The notes under the pieces: generated by a model
What the model was told of the DNA's origin: nothing
The model's database searches: none
Seen by the model: the letters and a program-made list of their open reading frames with translations, nothing else
Source: an uncultured Acidobacteriota bacterium
Lineage (GTDB): Bacteria; Acidobacteriota; Vicinamibacteria; Vicinamibacterales; 2-12-FULL-66-21
Length of the DNA stretch: 64,000 bases
Assembly (NCBI GenBank): GCA_963836665.1
Contig: CAWIKL010000004.1
Span: 392 to 64,391 of the forward strand
Direction: 5' to 3'
Shown here: in pieces, positions 17,232 to 28,833 of the stretch
Layout: every line of letters begins with the position of its first letter
Numbering within the stretch: position 1 is the first letter of the stretch
Program-made: the position numbers and the translations under genes

Positions 17232-18245
17232 ATGTTGCTGATTTCTTCCGTCCGCTTCGACGCGCACGTCACGCCGCCGGGGCATCCCGAGCGACCGGAA
17301 CGGGCCGACGTGTTCGACGCGATCGCCACGAAGTGGCTTGAAAAGGGCGGGAGTGTGGCCCTGCCGCGGGCGGCGACACGCGAAGAACTGGCGCGAGTGC
17401 ACGACATTGCACACATCGACCGTATCGCCGTCACAGCCGGGCTTGCCGGTCGGATGCTGGATCCGGATACGTTCACCTCTCCCGATTCGTACGAGGTCGC
17501 GTTGCTCGCAGCGGGCGCGGCTGTCCAGGCGATGGAGCACGCGCTGGACTACGGAGAGCCGGCGTTCGCGCTCGTGCGGCCGCCCGGCCATCACGCCGAG
17601 CGCGAGCGCGCGATGGGCTTCTGCCTGTTCAACAACGTCGCCGTGGCGGCCGCCGCGGCGCTCGCGCGCGGCCTCGAGCGTGTCGCCGTTGTCGACATCG
17701 ACGTGCATCACGGCAACGGGACGCAGTGGATGTTCTACGACGACCCGCGCATGCTCTACATCTCGACGCACCAGTTCCCGTTCTATCCAGGTACCGGCGC
17801 TGCGAATGAAATTGGGACCGGGGCCGGAAAGGGGTTCACGTTCAACGTGCCTCTCGAGGCGGGAGCGACCGACGCCGACTACGCGACGGTCTACGGCGCA
17901 ATCGCCGGTGTGCTGGCCGAGTTCGAGCCGCGACTATTGCTCATCTCGGCGGGTTTCGATGCCCACGCGAACGATCCGCTCGCGTCGATGCGCATGTCCG
18001 CCTACGGATTTGCCGCGGTTGTCGCGATTTTGAAGGGCGCGGTCGCCTGTCCGATCGCCGCAGTCACAGAGGGAGGCTACGATCTCGACGCGCTGCACGA
18101 GTGCGTGAGCGCGACGATGGATGTGCTGTCGGAGAGAGGTGCTGGCCCGACTGCCGTCGCCGGGAAATCGGAGCGTGCCGTGCGTGCGCTCGACGCGGTG
18201 GCCGAGGCCCAGGGCCAATTCTGGGCCACGCTTCGGCAGCGCTGA
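17232..18245 (+). CDS. histone deacetylase-family (AcuC/HDAC-like) amidohydrolase
   Basis: 337 aa. It contains HPERPER, RPPGHHAE, VVDIDVHHGNGTQ and FPFYPGTG motifs. Confidence 0.9.
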   Translation: MLLISSVRFDAHVTPPGHPERPERADVFDAIATKWLEKGGSVALPRAATREELARVHDIAHIDRIAVTAGLAGRMLDPDTFTSPDSYEVALLAAGAAVQAMEHALDYGEPAFALVRPPGHHAERERAMGFCLFNNVAVAAAAALARGLERVAVVDIDVHHGNGTQWMFYDDPRMLYISTHQFPFYPGTGAANEIGTGAGKGFTFNVPLEAGATDADYATVYGAIAGVLAEFEPRLLLISAGFDAHANDPLASMRMSAYGFAAVVAILKGAVACPIAAVTEGGYDLDALHECVSATMDVLSERGAGPTAVAGKSERAVRALDAVAEAQGQFWATLRQR

Positions 18246-18267
18246 TCGCGAACCAGGGATCTCGCGG

Positions 18268-18293
18268 ATCCCGCATCCCGCGCGATGCGGGAT
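18268..18293. other. 10-bp inverted repeat between convergent gene ends
   Basis: ATCCCGCATC-ccgcgc-GATGCGGGAT lies in an 82-nt GATC-rich spacer between the HDAC stop and the PEP-CTERM 3 stop. It has no U-tract. Confidence 0.4.
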
Positions 18294-18327
18294 ACGGGAT
18301 TAACGATCCAGGATCAGCGATCAAGGA

Positions 18328-19067
18328 TTACGGATTCGCCCGGCGCCGTGCCCGAGCTGCGGCGAGCAGGCCGCTTCCCAGCAGCAGCAGGGACGCCGGT
18401 TCGGGGACAGGGGTGAAATCGGTTGTCCCCCCGCGAACGGCCGTGACGTCGAGTTGGCCCAGCGAGTAGTCGGAATCGTTCGAGATCGGAGCAATGCCGA
18501 TCGTTGTGTGCAGCGCCGTGAAGGAGATGCTGTGGATCGGCGTGGACCCGAACGGATTACTGACCAGGAAACATCCCGGTCCGTCGTTCGTCGTGTTATG
18601 CGCCGGGTCCCCCGCACAGCCGGCCACGGTTGCGCCCGCGCCGCTCCACACACCGGAATTCTCTCCATTGATCGTCAACGTTTGACTGGTGGTGCCGTTG
18701 ATGGTCACCTGCGCGATCTCGTTCGGATCGCCGAATTCCGGACCGTTGTAGATGAACAGCAGCTTGAAGTCATCCAGCGTGACGTCCGTCGAGAATGTGC
18801 CGCCAATTGATTCGTTGGTATCGATCTCTCCTGCCGTCCCGCCGCTGACACCCAAGCCGGTTGCACCGTTAAATGTCTTGGACTCGAAGTTTCCCCCTGC
18901 GGGCGTCAGAGTGAGTGTGCCGCCGGTGTAGCCGATCGCACACGTGGTCGTGCCGTCGAGTGCATGTGCTGAAGGTAATCGCCGACGCCTGCGCTGCACT
19001 GGGTGCCAGTAAGGCCGCAGCCATGATCGCCGCGCCAGCAGAAGCCCGGGGTGAATCGCGATCTCAT
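18328..19067 (-). CDS. PEP-CTERM sorting-domain secreted protein 3 (N-terminal frame breaks)
   Basis: The C-terminus is TPVPEPASLLLLGSGLLAAARARRRANP. The track ORF lacks a signal peptide. ATG at 19067, with GAAAGGA 7 nt upstream, gives MRSRFTP... The signal AGAAIMAAALLAPSAAQASAITFSTC is in another frame, and the body (ALDGTTTCAIGYTGG..) is in the track frame. That requires at least 2 indels, at ~19045-19052 (C4G3 run) and ~18958-18983. Confidence 0.8.
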
Positions 19068-19110
19068 CGATTCGTCCTTTCAGAGTGGGTTGAACACAAG
19101 AGGCGGTTTC

Positions 19111-19125
19111 GCAAAATAGTCACCA
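19111..19125 (-). promoter_or_regulatory. sigma-54 (-24/-12) promoter of PEP-CTERM gene 3
   Basis: The minus strand reads TGGTGACTATTTTGC with exact GG-N10-GC spacing. It lies 44 nt upstream of ATG 19067. Confidence 0.6.
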
Positions 19126-19287
19126 GCCGGCGCTACTGGAGCGTCAAGCCGTAACTATCGACCACGACGACATTTCTCCCTCGCCTTTCAGAATGGTGAT
19201 CGGGCGAAGTCCATCCTTCTGGCGACTTTGCTCGCGGAGGGGCAGGACAACCGGGGCTGTTGTCGCGTCAGCTATACTTTAGAGATC

Positions 19288-21861
<2,574 letters not shown>

Positions 21862-21886
21862 AGGCCGGAAGACGGGAAGTCCGAAC

Positions 21887-22423
21887 ATGCGCAAGCCGTT
21901 GTCGATCGTTCTTCTGATGCTGGCCGTGGCCGCGCAGAGCGGCTGCGGCTATTCGCTCGCTGGCCGCGGCTCGTTCCTGCCGGCCTACATCAAGCGGATC
22001 GGGATCCCGCTCTTCGCCAACGGCACCACCGTGTTCAACCTGGATCAAAAGGTGACCGACATGGTGCGCTCCGAGTTCATCGGTCGCGGCAAATGGACGA
22101 TCGTGCCCGATCAGACCGGCGTCGACGCGATCGTCAGCGGCACGATCACCGGCGTCTTCTTGACCCCTGTCGCATTCAACCAGCAACAGCAGGCGACCCG
22201 CTACGCGCTGACGATGAGTGGCTCCGTCGAATTCAAGGACCTGCAGGCCAACAAGGTCATCTGGTCGAATCCGTCGATGTCCTACCGCCAGGAGTTCGAC
22301 GTGCCGGCCTCCTCGAACACGCTCGACACGTCCACCTACTTCGGCCAGGACGCAAACGCCCTCGACCGGCTGTCACAGGAGTTTTCCCGCTCGCTCGTCA
22401 GCGCGATTCTCGAGGCGTTTTAG
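21887..22423 (+). CDS. lptE: LPS-assembly lipoprotein LptE-like
   Basis: ATG 21887 gives MRKPLSIVLLMLAVAAQSGCGYSLAGRG (lipobox followed by GY-x-L-x-G). It occupies the conserved position between leuS and holA. Confidence 0.7.
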   Translation: MRKPLSIVLLMLAVAAQSGCGYSLAGRGSFLPAYIKRIGIPLFANGTTVFNLDQKVTDMVRSEFIGRGKWTIVPDQTGVDAIVSGTITGVFLTPVAFNQQQQATRYALTMSGSVEFKDLQANKVIWSNPSMSYRQEFDVPASSNTLDTSTYFGQDANALDRLSQEFSRSLVSAILEAF

Positions 22424-22479
22424 TCGACGACATCTGATAAAGTCCCTACCGCCCTGCGTTTAGTGGGAAGGAGTCCCCG

Positions 22480-22836
22480 TTGGCCGGAGAGGTGTCTACC
22501 GAACGCCGTCAAGTCGCCTGGATCGGACAGGGCGTCACGATCGAAGGTCGCATCGTCAGCAACCAGGACATTCGCGTTGACGGCAAGGTCCATGGCTCGA
22601 TTGAGGTCGGCGACCACGAGCTGGTACTCGGCGCTGGCTCCGAGGTGAAAGCCAGCGTGAACGCCCGGTCCGTTCTCGTCGGCGGCACCCTGCACGGCGA
22701 CGTGACGGTCACCGAGCGTCTTCAGATCCAGTCCACCGGCACGCTTCTCGGCGACGTCGTTGCGTCGCGGCTGATTGTCCAGGATGGAGGCCTGCTCAAG
22801 GGCAAGGCCGACGTCGCCGGCACCAGGCCGAAGTAG
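22480..22836 (+). CDS. bactofilin
   Basis: 118 aa with a beta-helical repeat pattern: IEGRIVSNQDIRVDGKVHGSIEVGDHELVLGAGSEVKASVNARSVLVGGTLHGDVTVTERLQIQSTGTLLGDVVASRLIVQDGGLLKG. GGGAAGGAG lies 7 nt upstream of the TTG start. Confidence 0.85.
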   Translation: MAGEVSTERRQVAWIGQGVTIEGRIVSNQDIRVDGKVHGSIEVGDHELVLGAGSEVKASVNARSVLVGGTLHGDVTVTERLQIQSTGTLLGDVVASRLIVQDGGLLKGKADVAGTRPK

Positions 22837-22842
22837 GTCTGG

Positions 22843-23211
22843 ATGCCGGGGCTGCGCGCGACGGCACGCCTCGCGCTGCTCGCGGGCGCCGCAGGATCGA
22901 TCGCTTTGATGCTCCGCGCCGGCTCGCGGCAGCCATCGACGGTGCTCATCCTGCTCTTCAGTGGATGGGTGCTCTCTCCATTCATCGCGCTCGCCCTCGC
23001 CAACCTGCGCGCCGCACGCTGGTCGCCGCGGATGCAGACGGCGCTGTCCGCCGCCATGATCGGCGTGTCCGTCCTGTGCCTCGCGATCTACAGCATGCAC
23101 GCCGTGCGCGGCGTCATGAAGGCGGGCTTCGTCTATCTCGTCGTGCCAGCGGCGGCGTGGCTGCTGATCGTGGTCGCCCTTGGCGTCAACGCGCTCCGTT
23201 CTCAGAAATAG
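22843..23211 (+). CDS. hypothetical 4-TM membrane protein
   Basis: 122 aa, hydrophobic throughout, 6 nt after the bactofilin stop. Confidence 0.55.
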   Translation: MPGLRATARLALLAGAAGSIALMLRAGSRQPSTVLILLFSGWVLSPFIALALANLRAARWSPRMQTALSAAMIGVSVLCLAIYSMHAVRGVMKAGFVYLVVPAAAWLLIVVALGVNALRSQK

Positions 23212-23230
23212 CGACGCGATAAAATAAATC

Positions 23231-24238
23231 ATGCCTCAGGCCTCCGCGGCAGACGTCCGCGCCGCGATCGCCAAGCGCAGCCCGGCCCCGGTCTACCTGA
23301 TCCTCGGCGATGACGAAGCGGAGATGTCGCATCTGGCCGCCGACTTCATGTCGCTCGTCGAGGACGAGCTCCGCGCTTTCAACGTCGATCGGCTGTATGC
23401 CGGTGAGAAGGGGACTTCCCCTGCCGCGATCGTCGAAGCCGCGCAGATGCTTCCGATGATGGGGGATCGCCGTGTCGTCGTGGTGCTGCGGGCCGAGCGG
23501 ATCCTGAAGCCGAAGCGCCGCGCCAAGACTGACGAGCCCGACGACGACGAAGAGGGTGAGCCGTCGAGCGACACCGACGCGCTCACGGACTACCTGCAGG
23601 CGCCGTCGCCGTCGACGACGATGGTGCTGGTCAGTGCGGACGTCGACAAGACTCGCCGCATCGGCAAGGCGCTCTACAAGCACGCTACCGTCGTGGAGTG
23701 CTGGGGGCTGAAGAACGAGAAGAACCCGCGCTTCGTCGATTTTCGTGCGGCGGCGCGCAAGGCCGAGGAAATGCTGAGGCGGATCGTCGCCGAATCAGGG
23801 CAGCAGATCGAGCCGGCGGCGGCGCGCCTGGTCGCCGAGCGTGCCGGCGTCGACATCGTCCGGCTGCGCGGCGACGTCGAGCGGCTGACGCTCTATGCCG
23901 CCGGCAAGCCCAAGATCACCCTCGACGACGCCCGGGAGGTGGTCAGCGGCGAGACGGCGCAGGACGACTGGGCCGTCACCAACGCGATCGCGCAGCGCAA
24001 GACCGGAGAGGCGCTCCGGCAGCTGTCGCTGGCGATGGACGCGGGCGGGATCCCGTACATGATCCTCGGGCAGCTCGCCTGGTTCGTACGTGACAAGCTC
24101 CCCAACATCGACGTCGACCGTGTGCCACCGGCCATCGACGCCTTGTTTCGTGCGGATCTGGACCTGAAAAGCTCGGGAGGGGACCCGAGGGTCCTGCTTG
24201 AGCGGCTGGTCGTCGAGCTTTGCGGGCGCCGCGGCTGA
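23231..24238 (+). CDS. holA: DNA polymerase III subunit delta
   Basis: 335 aa. It has PVYLILGDDEAEM.. and ..MLPMMGDRRVVVV.., and sits in leuS-lptE-holA synteny. Confidence 0.85.
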   Translation: MPQASAADVRAAIAKRSPAPVYLILGDDEAEMSHLAADFMSLVEDELRAFNVDRLYAGEKGTSPAAIVEAAQMLPMMGDRRVVVVLRAERILKPKRRAKTDEPDDDEEGEPSSDTDALTDYLQAPSPSTTMVLVSADVDKTRRIGKALYKHATVVECWGLKNEKNPRFVDFRAAARKAEEMLRRIVAESGQQIEPAAARLVAERAGVDIVRLRGDVERLTLYAAGKPKITLDDAREVVSGETAQDDWAVTNAIAQRKTGEALRQLSLAMDAGGIPYMILGQLAWFVRDKLPNIDVDRVPPAIDALFRADLDLKSSGGDPRVLLERLVVELCGRRG

Positions 24239-24247
24239 CCGGCCGGC

Positions 24248-24517
24248 CTAAGCGGCCGCTCGGCGCACCACGCGCTTGGCCAGGCGCGCCTTGTAGCGCG
24301 CGGCGGCGTTGCGGTGGATGACCTTCTTGCCGGCGAGCTTGTCGACCAGCGAAATCGTGTCGCGGAGCGCGTCCTTCACCTTGGCCGGATCGCCCGAGTC
24401 GATGGCGACGCGGATGTTGCGCAGCGCGCTGCGCATGCGGGTGCGGTACTGACGATTGGCCTCGCGCCTGATCAGACTCTGGCGGTGGGCCTTGACGGCG
24501 GAATCGTGGCTAGCCAT
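24248..24517 (-). CDS. rpsT: 30S ribosomal protein S20
   Basis: 89 aa: SAVKAHRQSLIRREANRQYRTRMRSALRN..VIHRNAAARYKARLAK. Confidence 0.95.
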   Translation of the reverse strand: MASHDSAVKAHRQSLIRREANRQYRTRMRSALRNIRVAIDSGDPAKVKDALRDTISLVDKLAGKKVIHRNAAARYKARLAKRVVRRAAA

Positions 24518-24543
24518 AAACCTCTGATTTTAGCACAGTAACC

Positions 24544-24924
24544 TCAGCCACGCTCCTTGAATCGTCGGATCGCCCGGCGTTCCCGGCGATCCGGGGCGCC
24601 GGCCGACGCAGGCCGGACAAACGGTGCCGACAGCCGCATCATGCGGCGCAACTCGACTTCCTCGGGCGACGGCTTGGGCGTCAGGTCCTCGTAGAGGAGC
24701 TTTGCGTCCGCTTTCTTCATGTGCTGCTCGGCGAGCCCGCGCACGGCGATCTTCTGCCGGCGCCCCGCAGGGCGAGTGATATCGAGTTCGTCGCCGACCT
24801 TGAGATCGCGGTGCGGTCTGGCGGCCTGGCCATTGATATGGACCTTCCCGCCTTCGCACGCTTTCTTCGCTTCCGAGCGTGTCTTGAAGAGGCAGGTGAC
24901 GTCGAGCCAAACGTCTAAGCGCAT
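24544..24924 (-). CDS. S4-domain RNA-binding protein (Hsp15-like)
   Basis: 126 aa: MRLDVWLDVTCLFKTRSEAKKACEGGKVHINGQAARPHRDLKVGDELDI. Confidence 0.8.
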   Translation of the reverse strand: MRLDVWLDVTCLFKTRSEAKKACEGGKVHINGQAARPHRDLKVGDELDITRPAGRRQKIAVRGLAEQHMKKADAKLLYEDLTPKPSPEEVELRRMMRLSAPFVRPASAGAPDRRERRAIRRFKERG

Positions 24925-24925
24925 C

Positions 24926-24957
24926 GGGTGATCTGGTGATCGGGTGATCGGGTGATC
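24926..24957. repeat. 4 x 8-nt tandem array (G/T)GGTGATC
   Basis: The array reads GGGTGATC TGGTGATC GGGTGATC GGGTGATC. It starts 2 nt from the S4-gene ATG and carries four GATC sites at 8-bp phasing. Confidence 0.9.
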
Positions 24958-25002
24958 TGCTTACGACCCGCGAGCGTTTCGAGATGAGGATCTCAACAGA
25001 CG

Positions 25003-25278
25003 CTAGCCGGCTCGTCGAATCGTGCGTCCTCCAGCAGATGGCTTCGATGGAGTTGGCCTACGGAGTCGCCGCACAACAGCTGCTGGAAGCTTGACCGGCA
25101 CGAAGAGGTCGGACGGGTACACGTAGTCCTCGCCAGACTCGTCGACTACGCGGATGTAGCCCTCCCGGGCTGCAGCGGGATCAGGGAGCACCTGGTAGAT
25201 TTTGCATGCTTCGAGATCTTCCAATCCGCCGTTTTCGAGACAGAGCGCAAATGAGCCAGTCGATTGCTGAACTCTCAT
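25003..25278 (-). CDS. hypothetical 91-aa protein (cassette gene 2)
   Basis: MRVQQSTGSFALCLENGGLEDLEACKIYQVLPDPAAAREGYIRVVDESGEDYVYPSDLFVPVKLPAAV... GC is lower than in the flanks. It begins 4 nt after the upstream gene. I can name no family with confidence. Confidence 0.6.
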   Translation of the reverse strand: MRVQQSTGSFALCLENGGLEDLEACKIYQVLPDPAAAREGYIRVVDESGEDYVYPSDLFVPVKLPAAVVRRLRRPTPSKPSAGGRTIRRAG

Positions 25279-25282
25279 GATG

Positions 25283-25513
25283 TTAATCCAAGAAGCGCTT
25301 GATCTTCAAGCCGCGTTTGCCGACGCCGTGAGCCTCGTACCAGTGGATCTCAGCCAGACGAAGAGAACCGTTCGCTAACCGAACGGTAGCATCTCCTTTG
25401 AGTTTGCGCCAACGCTTCCCGCCGTATCGTTTTCGCAGTATGTTGAGGCGCCGGATGCCGCGACCCGTGGCGATCACCCGCACGTTCGTGATATCCCCGA
25501 CGATCTCAAACAT
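25283..25513 (-). CDS. hypothetical 76-aa basic protein (cassette gene 1)
   Basis: MFEIVGDITNVRVIATGRGIRRLNILRKRYGGKRWRKLKGDATVRLANGSLRLAEIHWYEAHGVGKRGLKIKRFLD. GGAGA lies 10 nt upstream. Confidence 0.6.
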   Translation of the reverse strand: MFEIVGDITNVRVIATGRGIRRLNILRKRYGGKRWRKLKGDATVRLANGSLRLAEIHWYEAHGVGKRGLKIKRFLD

Positions 25514-25544
25514 CGATGCAACTCTCCAGAACCGCCCGCAATTA

Positions 25545-25574
25545 TCCGATCATCCGATCATCCGATCACCCGAT
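25545..25574. repeat. 3-4 x 8-nt tandem array TCCGATCA, the inverted copy of the 24926 array
   Basis: It reads TCCGATCA x3 then CCCGATT. The reverse complement, GGGTGATC GGATGATC GGATGATC, is the same octamer family in the opposite orientation. It abuts the ADOP permease stop. Confidence 0.85.
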
Positions 25575-28192
25575 TCAGTCCTGGCGTAACGCCCGGATCG
25601 GATCGAGCGCCGCGGCGCGGCGGGCCGGCAGCCAGGTCGCAGCGAGCGCAATCAGCGCGATCGCGCCGGCCCCAGCCGCGTAGGTGACTGGATCGTGCGG
25701 CGTGACGCCGCGCAGGAAGCCCTCGGCGGCACGACTGGTGGCAAGTGCGAGCGCGAGTCCACCGGCGATACCTGCCGCGACTGGCCCGGTTCCTTCGCGC
25801 AGGACCAGCGAGCGGATGCGCGCCGCATCGGCTCCGAGCGCGATGCGGATGCCGATCTCACGCGTGCGCAGGGCCGCCACGTAGGACGCGACGCCATAGA
25901 TGCCGATCGACGCCAGCATCAACGCCAGTCCGGCGAAGGCGGCGAAGAACGTGGCTCCCATGCGCTGCGGCATGACGAGCTGCCGCACCTGCCATTCGAA
26001 AGTCGTCACCGTCGTCAGCGGCGCGTCCGGATCGAGGGCGCGCAGCTCGGTCGTCAGCGCCGGCATCAGCCCGCGCAAGTCGCCGGACGTGCGCACGATT
26101 AGAGTGCCGCGGTCCATCGCGAACGGGCCCGATGGCTGCGCGAACGGCGCATACAGAAAAGCCGACGGCCGCTCGTCGAGCGAGCGGATCTTCGTGTCCT
26201 CGACCACCCCAACGATCTGGATCGCGTGCGTGTCGTCGATCATGACGCGTCCCTGAAGTGGATCGCGGCCGCTCCAGAAGTGCCGCGCGGCCGTTTCGTT
26301 GACGATACCGACGAGCGGTGAGCCGGTGGTGTCGGCCGACGAAAACGGGCGCCCGCGCAGCAGCCGCGTACCCGCGGCGGCGAAGTATTCGGGTCCGACG
26401 TTGGCCACGTACATGTGCATGTCGTCGCCGGGCTGTTTGGTATATCCCTCGACCGTCGCCGACATCGACATGGAGCCGTTGGTCGGGAGCACAGTGGTCC
26501 AGGCGGCCGCGGTCACGCCCGGCAGGCGGTGCGCCCTGACCAGCGCATCTTCGAAGAAGCGCGCCGCGCGGGCGCGGTCGAATCCGTTCACCGACGGCGT
26601 CAGCGTCGTCGTCGCTGCGCCGGCTGGCGTGAAGCCGAGCGGTACGCGCAGGGCGGCGGACAAGCTCTGGATGAAGAGTCCCGTCCCGGCGAGAAGGACC
26701 AGGCTGAGCGCGATCTGCACGGCGACGAGCGTCGAGCGCAACCGGCTGCGCGCCGTCACGCGCGTCTCGCCGCGCAGTGGCGCCAGCCCCGCGCCGCGCG
26801 CCGTCTGCCAGGCTGGGAGCAGACCGAAGAGCATGACCGCGAAGGCGGACAGGCCGACCGCGAAGGCGAGCGCGTCGCGGTTGACGCCGAGCGGCAGCCC
26901 GTCGATGTCGACGCCGCCGGGAAGTTGAAAGCGCGTCATCGCTCGCAGGACGAGCGTTGACATGCCGAGCCCGAGCGCGCCACCGAGGGCCGCGAGGACC
27001 GCGCTCTCGGTCAGCAGCTGTCGGAATATGCGAGCGCGGCCCGCGCCAATCGCCAGGCGGACGCCAATCTCGCGCTGCCTCGCCGCGGCGCGAGCCAGTT
27101 GCAGGTTGGCGACATTGGCGCACCCGATGAGGAGTGTCAGCGCGACGACGGCCGCGAGAAGGCCGACGAACGAGTAGACGCCGCCGGCATCGCCGAGCGC
27201 GCGCCTGCGCAGCGGATCGAGCTCGATCTGGTCGCGCGCTACGGGGTCCTCGGGGTGTTGCCGCGCGAACATCGCGTTCATCTCTCCAGCGGCAGCCACG
27301 GCGGACACCCCGGGCCGCAGGCGCCCGATGGCCGTCAGCCAGACGAAGCCACGGTTCTCGAGCGCGCCCGGAGCGCTGAACGGCCGCGCCAGCAGCCGAG
27401 CCGCCCACGACACCGGTAGATAGAGTTTGGGATTACGCGTGAGCGTGGTGCCGCGGAAACCGTCCGCGCGATGCCGACGATCGTGGCTGGCGCGCCGCTG
27501 ACGTGGATCGTGGCGCCGAGCATCGACGGATCAGCGTGCATCCGGGTTCGCCACCAGTCGCGATCGAGCACGACGGCAAGCGCGGCCCCGCCTTCCTGAT
27601 CGGCTGCGCCAAGTAACCGGCCAGCCGAGGCGGGGACACCCAGCACGTCGAAGTAGTTTGCCGACACCAGCGCCGTATCGAGCGGCTCGGTCACACCGTC
27701 GATCGTGACGCTCGCCCGGACGTTGGCGCTCGCGACGACACCCGTGAAGAGATCCGATCGGGTCGCCCACTCGCGATAGTCCGGCAGTGAGGCCGACCAC
27801 TTGAACGCTACGAGATGGGCGGGATCGCCTACGTGAACCGGTTGCAGTACGGTGGCGTCGGCGAGTGTGAAGATCGCGGTGTTGGCGCCGATGCCGAGTG
27901 CCAGCGTGATCACGGCGGCAACGCTGAACCCAGGGCTGCGCCGCAGCAGGCGGAGCGCATAGAAGACGTCGCGGGCGAGTCCGTTCATGGGGAAACCTCT
28001 CAGGAGGAGCAGCCATTCGGCGGGAACGGTGAGCAGCAGATCGGCGAAAAGGCGGGGGAAAGCGGCCGCGCCATGCACCGCCGCCTCGGCCCGCGCGCAT
28101 TGGATCATCTCGGCGCCATACTCTCGTCGCAGCGAGGGCGGATACGTGTGCAGCGCAGCCGAGTAGAGGCGCAGGAGCTGCCGAGTGATCAC
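25575..28192 (-). CDS. ADOP-type duplicated FtsX/MacB-like permease (one frame break at ~27473-27478)
   Basis: ORF 27335..28192 (..FYALRLLRRSPGFSVAAVITLALGIGANTAIF..ATIVGIA) and ORF 25575..27413 (..FVWLTAIGRLRPGVS.. plus a second FtsX module ..REIGIRIALGA..) are one gene. Restoring one C in GCGCGG gives GIAPDGFRGTTLTRNPKLYLPVSWAARLL. Confidence 0.85.
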
Positions 28193-28545
28193 GTCCGCAC
28201 CCGCTTGGCGCGCGCGGCCCCGACGAGACGGGCCATTCGGTCCGTTTCTGCCGCCAGCACGGCCCGCCCGAGTGCGGTCGCCCGATAGTACCGTCGCCGC
28301 TCGTCGTCGATCGCGGGGTCGGGGCGTTCCTCCGCTTCCTCGATCAGCCGGCTTGCGATCATCCGTTTGATGGTCCCGTAAAGCGTGCCAGGCCCCATGC
28401 GCACGGCGCCGTCCGTCATGCGCTCGACTTCCTGCATGACCGCGTAGCCATGCCGGTCCTCGTCGGCCAAGGCCAGCAGAATGTGGGCGATGGCCGGCGT
28501 CAGGGGGAGAAAGTCGTGTGGTTCAGGGGCGCGCGTTCTCGCCAT
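28189..28545 (-). CDS. PadR-family transcriptional regulator
   Basis: 118 aa: ILLALADEDRHGYAVMQEVERMTDGAVRMGPGTLYGTIKRM. It overlaps the permease start by 4 nt. Confidence 0.9.
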   Translation of the reverse strand: MARTRAPEPHDFLPLTPAIAHILLALADEDRHGYAVMQEVERMTDGAVRMGPGTLYGTIKRMIASRLIEEAEERPDPAIDDERRRYYRATALGRAVLAAETDRMARLVGAARAKRVRT

Positions 28546-28678
28546 ATATCCGCTACGGATGTATTAGACGAAGACCACGGCGTTTGGTTGAGAGAGGCAG
28601 ACAGTCAGAGAAAAGTCTGCCAAATCAACAGTACGTCTGCGCGCCTGCGTAGAATCACCCAGGATCGGCGGGCAATTA

Positions 28679-28693
28679 CGGAATGGTAATTGC
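28679..28693 (+). promoter_or_regulatory. weak sigma-54-like element upstream of PEP-CTERM gene 4
   Basis: CGGAATGGTAATTGC followed by T. The GG-N10-GC spacing is correct and the -12 TTGCT is perfect, but the -24 half is poor. It lies 141 nt upstream of the ATG. Confidence 0.3.
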
Positions 28694-28751
28694 TTGGGAG
28701 GCCGGCACGAGGCCTCATGCTCGCGCCCTGATTGGACTGTGCGAGTGCGTT

Positions 28752-28779
28752 CCGGAAGCCAAGGCCCGGAAGCCAAGGC
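28752..28779. repeat. perfect tandem duplication of 14 bp
   Basis: CCGGAAGCCAAGGC CCGGAAGCCAAGGC, in the leader between the candidate promoter and ATG 28834. Confidence 0.9.
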
Positions 28780-28833
28780 GATGGATGCCTGATCCCCATG
28801 TGTGGTCCAAGCAAACACGAGGAGCGCTCCGGA

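Noticed and set aside
24926-25576. The octamer arrays considered as a possible CRISPR array.
   Set aside because: The units are only 8 nt, directly abutting with no spacers. The two arrays are inverted copies flanking protein-coding genes. No cas genes are present.
25398-25589. 63-aa plus-strand ORF across the cassette.
   Set aside because: It is antisense to the 76-aa cassette gene, which has a ribosome-binding site and coherent sequence. The plus-strand ORF has neither.
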